Below, piece by piece: positions 43,236-52,644 of a stretch of DNA of 64,000 nt (position 1 is its first letter; each line of letters opens with the position of its first letter). This stretch comes from Desulfobacterales bacterium (GTDB lineage Bacteria > Desulfobacterota > Desulfobacteria > Desulfobacterales > UBA2174). A program made the position numbers and the translations under genes. The notes below the pieces were generated by a model. That model did no database searches. It was not told the origin of the DNA and saw only the letters and a list, made by a program, of their open reading frames with translations. The stretch is taken from NCBI GenBank assembly GCA_963668645.2, contig CAXXWC010000010.1, positions 1-64,000 of the forward strand. Direction: 5' to 3'.

Positions 43236-43694
43236 CTACGTATTGATAAGACTCAGGATTTCTTCGTTAGTGGGAATATCCGCCATGGAATGCCCGTAGT
43301 GGACATATCGAAGCACGCCTGACTTATCGATGAGCATCTGTGCCGGCATTCTGCCCAATTTAAACAACCTGACCTCTTGCCCGTACATTTTTAAAATTTT
43401 ATGTTCAGGATCGGGCAATCCAATAAATTGCAGATCATTTTTTTCCCAGTACTTCTTGAAAGAGTCTGCACTTTCAGGTCCGATAACGACAATTTCCGTG
43501 CTTAATTCTACAAATCGTTGATAGTCCTGGCGCAACTGCGCCATATGCCTTCGGCAAAACGGTCAGACGAAACCACGGTTGAAAACCACCAGAACATTTT
43601 TCTGACCTCGAAAATCTGAAAGTGATACGTTTTTCCCGTTGAAATCGTATAAAGAAAATTCAGGGGCATGGTGGTGCATCTCAACTTTGGCCAT
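43236..43694 (-). CDS. Selenocysteine-containing peroxiredoxin-like (AhpC/TSA) protein
   Basis: Two listed ORFs are in frame across TGA (43563-43565): NRGFV-U-PFCRRHMAQLR, a UxxC motif; downstream hairpin. Confidence 0.85.
43528..43543 (-). promoter_or_regulatory. Candidate bacterial SECIS hairpin
   Basis: TGGCGCA-GT-TGCGCCA begins 19 nt after the in-frame UGA, with G in the apical loop. Confidence 0.65.
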
Positions 43695-43695
43695 G

Positions 43696-44679
43696 TTAGG
43701 TCCCTCCTTTACCGGCTTTGACGATTCGACATACCGCCGAGGTCGAAACACCCAGTTGTCTGGCCGTTTCCGCCAAGGACAAACCGATCTCTCCTATCAA
43801 CTCCATCGCCAGCCGGCGGCGAACGGCTGACACCCGGCGACGGCGGCTTCCTGACGAAAGTTCTTTCTCCCCTATCCCTTCGGCCCGGCAAACCTCGTCA
43901 ACCCGACGCCGGGCCTCTTCGATTCTTTCGTTCAGCGGCAGCTGCCGTTTGATCCGTTCATCGGCCTCCTGGAGAAGCGCATGTACAAAATCGCCGCTGC
44001 CAAGCACCCGCTCGTCGCCGATCTCATACTCCTGCCCTCCGCTGGCGCGCAGCGCCTTGACCGCCGACCAGCCGCCCATGGAGCGGATCAATCCCCCGCC
44101 CACCAATTCGGGACGCCTGCCCTGTGAAATGCCTTGGCGAACAAATTCCCGGTACGCCTCTCTGGCTTCTTTTGGGGTCTTGCCGAACCATCCGAGCACA
44201 TAGGCCACATCCTGCCAGCCGAGGGACTTCTTGCCCATGATGGCCGCATGACCGCACCATTCATATCGATCCAGCTCGTTAATATTTGCCACGATGCCGG
44301 CCCGCAGCGGATTTAAATGAATGTATCGTACCAGTTCCTTGAAATAGGCATCCTCCTGACAAACGATGGATTTGTACCGATTCTGAAACAGGTGCCCGTA
44401 GCGGCCGTGGCGGCGGTTGAAGGCTACGGCATATCCGGTCAGAAAGCGGCGCATGAATACGGGCAACCCTTCGTGGCCGCTGCGAAGCAGGATATGGGCA
44501 TGATTGTCCATCAGTGCCCAGGCGTAAAGGCAGGTTCCCGTGGTTTGGGCCTGATCACTCAAGCGGGTCAGGAAATCTTCCCGATCCTCATCGTCGTAAA
44601 CGATATTCCCGCGTTCGATGCCCCGCAGCATAACGTGGTGCAATGTTCCCGGGGCATCCAGCCTTGCTCCTCTGGGCAT
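43696..44679 (-). CDS. RAYT/Y1 HUH transposase with C-terminal HTH
   Basis: HHVMLRG, MDNHAHILL, GHLFQNRYKS, YIHLNP. Confidence 0.9.
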   Translation of the reverse strand: MPRGARLDAPGTLHHVMLRGIERGNIVYDDEDREDFLTRLSDQAQTTGTCLYAWALMDNHAHILLRSGHEGLPVFMRRFLTGYAVAFNRRHGRYGHLFQNRYKSIVCQEDAYFKELVRYIHLNPLRAGIVANINELDRYEWCGHAAIMGKKSLGWQDVAYVLGWFGKTPKEAREAYREFVRQGISQGRRPELVGGGLIRSMGGWSAVKALRASGGQEYEIGDERVLGSGDFVHALLQEADERIKRQLPLNERIEEARRRVDEVCRAEGIGEKELSSGSRRRRVSAVRRRLAMELIGEIGLSLAETARQLGVSTSAVCRIVKAGKGGT

Positions 44680-44932
44680 TGGACACCTCCCTGCCTGGTG
44701 GTCGTGGACGTGTACGGATAAGTCGTTATATCATCTTAAGTTGAATTAATCAACAACGTCCCCATTTACGTCCCCATTTACCCGTATACCGGAGCCGTCG
44801 CCGCTGGCCAGGCAGTTATTGGGCGCCGTGAAGGTGAATTTACCGGCAGCCATTCCCAAGTCCAAGGTGGTGGTAGACACAAAGAAAAAACTCGTTTCTG
44901 AAAGGAAACACATTTAATTGCAATTAGTTGAG

Positions 44933-45014
44933 ATGGGTTAAGGCGAAGATACGGAGAGCGAAGATACGGTCTAATGGGTTAAGGCGAAGATACGGAGAGC
45001 GAAGATACGGTCTA
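44933..45014. repeat. 41-bp perfect tandem duplication with internal GCGAAGATACGG repeats
   Basis: ATGGGTTAAGGCGAAGATACGGAGAGCGAAGATACGGTCTA x2. Confidence 0.9.
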
Positions 45015-45040
45015 AAGTTAAATTAATCAACCCTGTCCCT

Positions 45041-46201
45041 TCATTCTCGAACCCGGCCCAATAGAGAATCGTTCAGGGCAAGGGTATGCAGGGGGACGGC
45101 CTCTACCTGATCCGACAGTGGAAACCGCCGGGTTCCCGGATAGATGATGATAACATGCTGCAACTTCAAGTCTTCTAGTGCGATACGAATGGATGGCGTC
45201 AACCGGGGTGTGTCGGTGCGTTTGCACTCGATTCCGATCAGTGCACTGCCGCAACGCAAAATCAAGTCGATTTCCGCCCCTTGGTGGGTCGCCCAAAAGA
45301 AGGCCTCGTCATGGGATTGTGTTCTCAGGACCTGTTCGATGACAAACCCTTCCCAAGAAGCGCCCACTTTGGGATGGGTGAGCAGCGCCTTCATCGAATC
45401 GACACCGATCAACCGGTGCAGTAATCCGGTGTCTCGCAGGTAGATCTTGGGCGACTTCACTTGGCGTTTTGCCAGGTTGGCATAATACGGCTGTAACTGT
45501 CTCAGCATCAGTGCGTCAGTGAGCAGATCCAGATGCCGGCGGGTCGTCGATTCGCTGACGCCGAGGGCCCGTGCCGGTTCGGCGGCGTTCCAGATCTGTC
45601 CGTGGTAATGCGCCACCATGGTCCAAAAGCGCTGCAACGCGATGGCCGGGATACGGCCCCCCCACTGGGGAAAATCACGCTCCAGCAAGGTTTGAATGAA
45701 GTTTTTGCGCCACGAACCGCTATCGGCGTCGCTGGCAGCCAGGTAAGACAGGGGGAATCCGCCCCTGAACCAGAGCCGCTGTTCCGCCTCGGCACCCAGC
45801 TCCGGCAGGGAAAAGCCGCCGATGACAACTCTCTCCATTCTGCCGGCAAGGCTCTCCGAGGACTGGCGCAGCAGATCACCGGATGCGCTGCCGAGGATCA
45901 AAAAGCGCGCCGGATTTTCCCGCCGATCGACAAGCACCCGCAGCACCGGGAAAAGATCCGGTCGCCGCTGGACCTCGTCGATCACCACGAGCCCGTGCAG
46001 TGGTCTCAAAGCGGTCATGGGCTCCTCCAGGCGCGCCAGGCTGGCCGGGTCCTCCAAGTCGAAGTAGTTGATCGAATCTTCGTCGAGCAATTCACGTGCG
46101 AGGGTGGTTTTTCCGCTCTGACGCGGGCCGACCATGACGACCACGCGGCTGCGGGCAAGCGCGCCGGTGATAGTCTCAAGGATATCCGGGCGTTGAATCA
46201 T
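45041..46201 (-). CDS. AAA+ ATPase (AAA_14/DUF4143 type)
   Basis: GPRQSGKTT, IDEVQ, LGSAS, ESLAGR, GGFP, KSPKIY..DTG, EIDL..IECK; start taken as MIQRPD. Confidence 0.9.
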   Translation of the reverse strand: MIQRPDILETITGALARSRVVVMVGPRQSGKTTLARELLDEDSINYFDLEDPASLARLEEPMTALRPLHGLVVIDEVQRRPDLFPVLRVLVDRRENPARFLILGSASGDLLRQSSESLAGRMERVVIGGFSLPELGAEAEQRLWFRGGFPLSYLAASDADSGSWRKNFIQTLLERDFPQWGGRIPAIALQRFWTMVAHYHGQIWNAAEPARALGVSESTTRRHLDLLTDALMLRQLQPYYANLAKRQVKSPKIYLRDTGLLHRLIGVDSMKALLTHPKVGASWEGFVIEQVLRTQSHDEAFFWATHQGAEIDLILRCGSALIGIECKRTDTPRLTPSIRIALEDLKLQHVIIIYPGTRRFPLSDQVEAVPLHTLALNDSLLGRVRE

Positions 46202-46322
46202 GATCGAAAAAATACCATGAATATCGGCGATGTCAAGACCGATTTTCATGGTAATCTCGGAAACGGTACAATCCCGACCGGCTCCCTGCACTATGCGGCC
46301 GGATTCCGGATTAACGAAACTA

Positions 46323-46608
46323 TGTATTGATAAGACACAGAATTTCTTCGTTTGCGGGAATATCCGCCATGATGGATTTGTAGCGAGTCTGAAACAGGTG
46401 CCCGTGGCGGCCGCGGCGGCGGTTCGAAGACTACGGCATAACCGGTAAGGGAAGAAAGCGGCGCATGAACACGGACAACCCATAGGTGCCGCTGCGAAGC
46501 AGGATATGGGCATGATTGTCCATTAGTGCCCAGGCGTAAACGCAGGTTCTCGTGGTTTGGGCCTGATCACCCAAACGGGTCAGAAAATCTTCGGGATCCT
46601 CATCGTTG
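46323..46608 (-). pseudogene. Fused remnants of peroxiredoxin 3' end and RAYT 5' part
   Basis: 46323-46370 matches 43241-43287; 46372-46608 matches 44365-44597. Confidence 0.8.
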
Positions 46609-46609
46609 T

Positions 46610-47150
46610 CTGGTGATCGCCTGGACGATGATGAAAAATCAGACAGCCTTCAATCCGGCGCTGATCCAGGTGTAGGTGAGGAGCAAGGCCGGACGGCCAT
46701 GGCAAAGAGCTCGTTAAGCCTCGTAGGAGCACCGACTGCGCGGGAGGGACTATACCGAGCCTTTGCAGGCCGACAGGCCAACCCCGGATGGACACAGGAG
46801 GACAGGGATGATGTAGCGAAGATCAGTTCAACCCATCAATTTGGACGGCGAGAGAGCCCGCTCAACAACGTTGAGGCATTCGACCTCGTGAGGGACAATC
46901 TGAGGGCCTCTCTTAGAACTCAGAGCCTTGATAAGGAATGATGGACAGCGGTGCCGGGACAGCCGCACCGGATGTCGGATAAACGTAACGATCAGGGTAC
47001 GAGTTCATCGCAAGAGAGAAGATCGCCGGGAACATTCAGGGCTGTCGTCAAGGCGGGATGGTGGAGTGTGAAAATCGGTTTCGCCAGCTCTTAACATTCT
47101 GATTTCATTGCTGATAAAAATCGCTTGACATAAAGGACATAGAATGTCCC
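46610..47150 (+). mobile_element. IS110-family remnant: transposase C-terminus plus ~470-nt non-coding right end
   Basis: LVIAWTMMKNQTAFNPALIQV* (46610-46675), then structured non-coding DNA ending CTTGACATAAAGGACATAGAATGTC. Confidence 0.55.
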
Positions 47151-47154
47151 CTTC

Positions 47155-47407
47155 CCCTCATGGCTTGCAACCATTTCCATAACGGCAGGTTCGTGCTGTG
47201 CAAGACCGTCTTGGTGGTCACCGTATAATGGCGCTTGCATTGCTTGCACTCGTAACGGCCGCGGTGCTGGTAGCCGGCCCTAATGCGATAGGCGCCCTGA
47301 AATCCACAGTGGGGGCACATGGGCTCCTGCGGCCAGCGGACCGCTTCGAAAAACTGCAGACACGCCTGCTCATCGGGAAATTGTCGTCTCAGTCGATCCA
47401 TGTCCAT
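47155..47407 (-). pseudogene. IS1595-family transposase N-terminal Zn-ribbon fragment
   Basis: FPDEQAC..RWP..CPHCG..YECKQC..YTVTTKTVLHST.LPLWKW. Confidence 0.8.
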
Positions 47408-47597
47408 GGGCGGCCTCCTGTTGGTGGTGTTTCAGAAGGTCATAACCCAGGACTTTGTCAGATCAGGTCAATGGCTCCTTACTTTGGTAGATAGGCCCGT
47501 ATATTTTTATAAATTTAAGAGTTTTTTTGCAATATTCTACAAGACGTAATTCGGATATTGCGATACTTTCATGGAAATTTTTCCTATGGAGTGAGCT

Positions 47598-48518
47598 ATG
47601 CAACGCAAAGGCGATATAAAAGCCTATATATTTCTTTCATTTTCCGTCCTTTTCTGGGGTACCTCTTATGTTGGAACCAAAATTGCGCTAACAAATTTCC
47701 CGCCCCTAACCCTTGCTTTTTTACGTTTTTTTATTGCTTCAATCGTTTTTTTGGCCTTTCTAACCCTTCGGGGATGGCCAAAGTTGCCGGATAATTTTCA
47801 TAAAAAAATGATGCTAATTTCGTTATTTCTGCCCGGTCTTTACTTCATTTGTGAAAATTACGGGGTTAAGTATACCACTGCAACAAAAGCATCATTAATC
47901 GCGGCGACTATTCCTGTGGCTGTGCTGTTACTTTCCATCTTTTTTCTCAAAGAGCGGATTTCAGTTAAACGCATTTTAAGTTTATTCCTTTCTCTTGTTG
48001 GCGTAACTTTGTTAATTTGCATTGAACAAGACCAATCCACTCTTTTTTCCGTTTCAAAAGGAGATGTCCTAATGTTAGGAGCTGTTTTTGCAGCAGCTGG
48101 ATATATGATTTTAGCTCGACATTTCAGCAATGAAATTGATCCAGTACTGATTACGGCATTCCAAATGCTTTATGGCGCACTGTTTTTTTCCCCTTTTTTT
48201 CTTCTTCAAGTCACTGAAGTGCAGTGGGTAGCTGTGGAGTCTTCATCCTGGATAGCCTTATTCGTATTGGCGATGTTCTCATCCGTTGGTGCTTTTGTTA
48301 CCTACAATTCTGCACTGTGCTATATTCCAGCAAGCAGGGCATCTATTTTTATAAATATTGTTCCCTTTATTACCATTTTTGCGGCATGGTGGCTGTTAGA
48401 TGAGAGGCTGCGTATAATACAGTTCGCTGGTGGCATGATTGTCATTTTCGCTGCATATTTGGCTCAAATTAGCGGGAAAGACTCAATGCAGATAGCGTCC
48501 AGGAGTCACTCCGATTAG
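47598..48518 (+). CDS. EamA/DMT family transporter
   Basis: ~10 TM, WGTSY, FLKERI, LLDERL; AT-rich. Confidence 0.9.
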   Translation: MQRKGDIKAYIFLSFSVLFWGTSYVGTKIALTNFPPLTLAFLRFFIASIVFLAFLTLRGWPKLPDNFHKKMMLISLFLPGLYFICENYGVKYTTATKASLIAATIPVAVLLLSIFFLKERISVKRILSLFLSLVGVTLLICIEQDQSTLFSVSKGDVLMLGAVFAAAGYMILARHFSNEIDPVLITAFQMLYGALFFSPFFLLQVTEVQWVAVESSSWIALFVLAMFSSVGAFVTYNSALCYIPASRASIFINIVPFITIFAAWWLLDERLRIIQFAGGMIVIFAAYLAQISGKDSMQIASRSHSD

Positions 48519-49298
48519 CCGTTTAAAGCGTCTTGTAAAATGACTTTGATCTGTAAATCCCAATGATAATGCAACTTCAGCCAGCGATAATCCTTTATCC
48601 AGCAACCGCTGAGCTTCACTAATTCGTAAGCATTCAAAAAAAGCATATGGAGACATCCCAGTAACACGATTAAATTCCCGTATTAAACGGAATTGATCGA
48701 TGCCCAGGTTTTCAGCAACTTCTTTCAGGTTTGGTTTTACCAAGAGATTGGCAAGAATGTATTCCTTCGCTCTTTCTATTACCCAATTTTCAGGACAAGC
48801 TGGATATTTCTTGCCCTTATGATGAGCATATCGGTCTAAAAGAAGTGACATAAACTGGATCGCAACGCATTCCTTCTCAAGCACGGAGTTTTTTAAATTT
48901 ATGGGATCATGTAGCTGGTTAAATAATCGAAGTAATTGATGATCATCCACTCTAATCTGCCTCAGAACAGATTGCTCTTTCAGGTGAATTTCGAGGGAAT
49001 CCGCGATCTGTTCAACCTGTGAACAACTAAAGTACACTGCACGCCAGCGAAATCCATTCTTGTCTGCTGGTTTTCCGGTATGATCGTCGCCTGGATTTAA
49101 AAGAATCATTCCATTAGGAGGCGTAAAGTATTCTTCTTTTTTGTGACAAAAGAGTTGCTTTCCTTCTGTAATGGCGCCTACGACATAGTAGTCATGAGCA
49201 TGTTTTGGAAAAATGTGACTATAGAAGAAGGCATCACAAAACTTGAGGTTAGTTGCCTTATCTTTCCAAATTCGAACTTTGTCGACAGCTGCTTTCAC
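48483..49298 (-). CDS. AraC-family regulator
   Basis: FPKHAHDYY cupin, LNPGDDHTG, GFTDQSHFTRRFKRLIGVTPG. Confidence 0.92.
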   Translation of the reverse strand: MKAAVDKVRIWKDKATNLKFCDAFFYSHIFPKHAHDYYVVGAITEGKQLFCHKKEEYFTPPNGMILLNPGDDHTGKPADKNGFRWRAVYFSCSQVEQIADSLEIHLKEQSVLRQIRVDDHQLLRLFNQLHDPINLKNSVLEKECVAIQFMSLLLDRYAHHKGKKYPACPENWVIERAKEYILANLLVKPNLKEVAENLGIDQFRLIREFNRVTGMSPYAFFECLRISEAQRLLDKGLSLAEVALSLGFTDQSHFTRRFKRLIGVTPGRYLH

Positions 49299-49391
49299 TT
49301 GGCCTCACGATTCCCTTTAAACCATTCTGAACGCCCCGGTCATGAGCAGCCAGGGCTCCAGAACTGGGTGCATTCCCAAATAGTGGCATTT

Positions 49392-50777
49392 CTATAGGCC
49401 ATCCCGATTGAGTGCTGCCAAGTTTGCGAGCATGATATTCCACCGATCACAAAGCAGAGTGCTTCTCAAGAACAGCATCGCTTCGGAGGTTGAGCGTTTC
49501 CAGAACGAGCCGGCTGACTTGAGCCGCAAGTTGATCACCCGGCGTATGGCACTTTCCACGCAGCCGCTTCCACAGGGCAGCACCAGATGTTTGAACGAGG
49601 CATATTGCATGCGGCGGTGGTTTGCCAGAAAGTAGTTGCTGAACTTGGCAATGGCCTCTTTGAGCTTCTTCGGGCCGGCTACATGCCGGCGGATCTGCCG
49701 GCCCAGTTCCATGATATCGCCTTGGAAAAGCATATTTTTCCATTCGGTGCCGATGGCCAGGCGCGTTTTGGGGTCAAGCTTTTTGGGCAACTTGCCCACG
49801 ATTTCATTCAAGTTCTGCTTGGCATGGGTGTAGTCGATGATTTCCAGATGTGCCTTGAGTTCCAGTCTGCGGGCCAGGGCCGTAAATCGCCGCCAGTACT
49901 TGCGCGCACCGTCGGCACAAAAGATGACCACGTCGGCCTGGGCTACATCCAACTGGCGCAAATATCCTTCCAATAACTGGAAGGCGCCGTCGGTATCGGC
50001 CATCGTGGCGTCGTAAATCGGCTTGGTGTGACGGCATTTAGTGCCATTTTCATCGAGCCACTGGATCACCAACTGGCTGGGCTCTCGCCAGTGGGTATGG
50101 TAGCCTTGACGTTTGAGTGATTTAGGTCGGCGACCCTTTTTGTTGGTTCTTTCGCGAAGCCGGCCACCGTCGATGCATACCAGCAGTGTGCGGCCTTTTA
50201 CCTGGTCGTGGTCCGAAACAGCGATGCGGCAGCGTTGCTCAATGGCCTGCTGGCCCATGTTCACAGACAGACGGCGGATCGTTTTCACATCCAAGTCGAT
50301 CCCCGAAGAGGCCAGCGTCTTGCGCGACAGTACAAACGATGGGCATAGCAGTGCCGATTGGACAACTATGGAAGCCAGCAGCATACTGCAGCGATCGAAA
50401 AAGCCCAGATACGACAGCCCCACGTGGCAACCGGTTTTGCCCTGGCGCTTTTTAGGTTTGCGGCCCTTGCGAGCGTGCGCTGGGGCAAAATACGGGGATC
50501 GGATCGATAGGTTGCGGCCTGTCAGCAGTCGGATGCTGGTGGTTTTATACCCCTTGAAGCGTAGTGCGGATTTGCCTGCTACCGCTTTAAGATGGGCGAT
50601 AAAATCACGTTGGTTCAACCGCTGTTGGATGTGGGTGACAACCAGTTTTTCGATAAATACCAGCAGCAACGTACGCAACTGCACCAGCAGTCGGTTGATG
50701 TCGGCGTGTTGGTGAAACCGGGCAATAGCCCCCTCGATGTCCCGTTGCAGGCGTTGACAATCTACCGTAATCTCCAT
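49392..50777 (-). CDS. ISKra4-like DDE transposase
   Basis: CIDGG, CADGA, IIDYTHA, GSGCVESAIRRVINLRLK. Confidence 0.85.
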   Translation of the reverse strand: MEITVDCQRLQRDIEGAIARFHQHADINRLLVQLRTLLLVFIEKLVVTHIQQRLNQRDFIAHLKAVAGKSALRFKGYKTTSIRLLTGRNLSIRSPYFAPAHARKGRKPKKRQGKTGCHVGLSYLGFFDRCSMLLASIVVQSALLCPSFVLSRKTLASSGIDLDVKTIRRLSVNMGQQAIEQRCRIAVSDHDQVKGRTLLVCIDGGRLRERTNKKGRRPKSLKRQGYHTHWREPSQLVIQWLDENGTKCRHTKPIYDATMADTDGAFQLLEGYLRQLDVAQADVVIFCADGARKYWRRFTALARRLELKAHLEIIDYTHAKQNLNEIVGKLPKKLDPKTRLAIGTEWKNMLFQGDIMELGRQIRRHVAGPKKLKEAIAKFSNYFLANHRRMQYASFKHLVLPCGSGCVESAIRRVINLRLKSAGSFWKRSTSEAMLFLRSTLLCDRWNIMLANLAALNRDGL

Positions 50778-50831
50778 GCGGCCTCGCAGATAGCAGGTAT
50801 GCGTTTTCCTGCCGCTGCGATGGCTGCCGGC

Positions 50832-51692
50832 TCAATGCCCGGCGCATAATCGCTGCTTGAAGTCGGCTGCCAGCGGATATACGTACAGGTCTTTGACAGG
50901 CACGTTGAGCCGTTTGTAGCGGTCCTGGCGGCTGCGGCCTTTGGTCTGGCCGATTCGAACCCAGTTGGCAGCCTGATAGCAGGTGCCGGCAAAACGGGAT
51001 CGATCCACGAACGTTTCCACCAAACAAAGACCGTGGCCGTAGCGCTGCTTCCAATCGCCCTGCAGCCGGCGCATGCAGGCGCCCAGGATAAAACTGGCCA
51101 GGTTGGCCACCCTGACCCAGGGCAAAATCAAAAACCGGGTGTTGTTGGTCAGCAGCTTGAGGTTTTGCTTTCGGGTGGTCCGATCCCAACCGATGAACCG
51201 GTCCCGGGCGTCCGTTTTCCATGCCGCCGAGCCGAACAGCAGGCAGCCCACCGGGCGATTGCGAGCGTCGTAGACCATGTACTTGAGGTGTTCACCGACA
51301 TGTCCGAGGCAGCCCAAATAATGGTACCGATCCATCAGGCAATGGAACAACTGGTCAGTGTCCCCGCGCCCTTCGACCAGCAAGAGCCGGATCGGCCGCA
51401 GATCATTGATGGGCGATTCGATGGGCTCAATACTGTGGGCGATGTCGCGGATGCGCCGGCACCTGTTGTGGCAATTTTTTGCCGGTGGCAGTGCGATCAA
51501 CTGGCGTTGCTCGAGTTTTCGGAGCATCGAACGGCAGGCCATATCCTTGAGCACGCCTGTATCCGTGCGCCAGTTCCACAACCGGCAAATTTCGACAGAC
51601 AGCCGGGTGCGGTTCCAGTCTGAATGCTCGGCCATCAGACGACGGGTCAACTCAACGTCGCCTTCCGAGATCTGGCGCCCTTGGATAATCAT
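50832..51692 (-). CDS. DUF4338 (DruA-like) passenger protein
   Basis: YHYLG..VGEHLKY, RDRFIGW, NNTRFLILPWV..NLAS, ETFVD..GTCY.AANW..GQTKGR. Confidence 0.85.
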   Translation of the reverse strand: MIIQGRQISEGDVELTRRLMAEHSDWNRTRLSVEICRLWNWRTDTGVLKDMACRSMLRKLEQRQLIALPPAKNCHNRCRRIRDIAHSIEPIESPINDLRPIRLLLVEGRGDTDQLFHCLMDRYHYLGCLGHVGEHLKYMVYDARNRPVGCLLFGSAAWKTDARDRFIGWDRTTRKQNLKLLTNNTRFLILPWVRVANLASFILGACMRRLQGDWKQRYGHGLCLVETFVDRSRFAGTCYQAANWVRIGQTKGRSRQDRYKRLNVPVKDLYVYPLAADFKQRLCAGH

Positions 51693-51925
51693 GCTCATGA
51701 GGCCACTGTACACAATGGAGCCGTTAGAGTCCAGATCGAATTTTCAAAGATCAACGACAACGCCACCAGCACCGGCAAGCCGGAACCAACAATCGGCCTC
51801 AGGGGAAAGTGCCCCTAAATGGGATTGCACCCCCAGAACTTTGAAAAAGATTATGAAGGTGAATTCAACAGCAAAATTTTAAAAAGCCACAGCCCTGGCT
51901 GTCGCCTGGACTGGGATGTTATAAA

Positions 51926-52219
51926 TCATTTTCCCTTTTTGTTTTGTGGTGGCTGGTTCCGCTTTATTGCCTTAGCTTCAGCTTTTTCAGCTTCAGCAAT
52001 ACTTGATTTCTGTTGGATTTTTACCTTTGCGCCACCTCGCACTGGGTTTGGACCGCCCGGTAAATGTTCTTTAAGACGTTCTTCTACTCTTCCTCTCTTG
52101 GCCACGCCTGTATAGAGGGTATTTCCTTTCTTATCTTCGATATTATAAACAACAGGTTTATTTTTCGCCAACCCTTCGATACCCGGTCCATCAAAATTGC
52201 CACTTTTTTTCCCGGCCAT
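51926..52219 (-). CDS. Small GIY-YIG nuclease-domain protein (cassette gene)
   Basis: VVY..LYTG..RLKEH..E..I..P..N pattern; AGGAG RBS; attC starts right after the stop. Confidence 0.75.
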   Translation of the reverse strand: MAGKKSGNFDGPGIEGLAKNKPVVYNIEDKKGNTLYTGVAKRGRVEERLKEHLPGGPNPVRGGAKVKIQQKSSIAEAEKAEAKAIKRNQPPQNKKGK

Positions 52220-52328
52220 GATATTCTCCTTTTAATGGGTCAGTTACATTCCTGCCAAGAGGCAGTGCTCTAATCGGCACCGAACTTAATGCCGAGGTTA
52301 TAAGCAGTACATTTCTGATAAAATGCCG

Positions 52329-52526
52329 TCACTTAGCATTTTTAAGGGCATCACCCAAATCAATGAGTTCCTGTTTCGTTCCGCTGAAAGTAATAGTTTT
52401 GCTACCTTTTGGAGTTGGCTGCGTTACAACTAATACCTTTGATTTGAGCATCTGCTGTATTTCCGCATGGCTTATATTGATCAGATGAGGGCCTTCGCTC
52501 GTGCTGTATTTGATTTCAATTTTCAT
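52329..52526 (-). CDS. Hypothetical 65-aa protein (same cassette as GIY-YIG)
   Basis: AGGAG RBS; first gene after the attC at 52556. Confidence 0.55.
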   Translation of the reverse strand: MKIEIKYSTSEGPHLINISHAEIQQMLKSKVLVVTQPTPKGSKTITFSGTKQELIDLGDALKNAK

Positions 52527-52555
52527 CTGACTCTCCTTTTTTGTGCGGTCATTGG

Positions 52556-52627
52556 TTTATAATTGCCTAACCGGTTGCCAACGCAGCGGAGCGTAGTTGG
52601 AAATCCGCGTTAAGGCACTTGTTGTAC
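52556..52627 (-). other. attC site with damaged R' side
   Basis: GTACAAC-AAGTG-CCTTAAC...GTTAGGC-AA-TTATAAA; spacer and G of R' missing. Confidence 0.7.
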
Positions 52628-52644
52628 GATATAGTCTCTGCTGT

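Larger units (their letters stand above)
49366..51832 (-). mobile_element. ISKra4-like element (2467 bp), two genes
   Basis: IRs GGGTGCATTCCCA / TGGGATTGCACCC; 8-bp target duplication CCAGAACT (49358-49365, 51833-51840). Confidence 0.88.
49326..51924 (-). other. attC site interrupted by an IS (halves 49326-49365 and 51833-51924)
   Basis: Removing the IS restores TTATAAC...CAGCCAGGGCT / AGCCCTGGCTG...GTTCAGA stem. Confidence 0.75.

Noticed and set aside
44933..45014. CRISPR array
   Set aside because: Two abutting copies, no spacers, no cas genes; the repeats at 61.5-62.1 kb are also irregular and bidirectional.
50832..51692. Druantia defence system
   Set aside because: Only a DUF4338 gene inside IS ends; no DruE helicase or other Dru genes.
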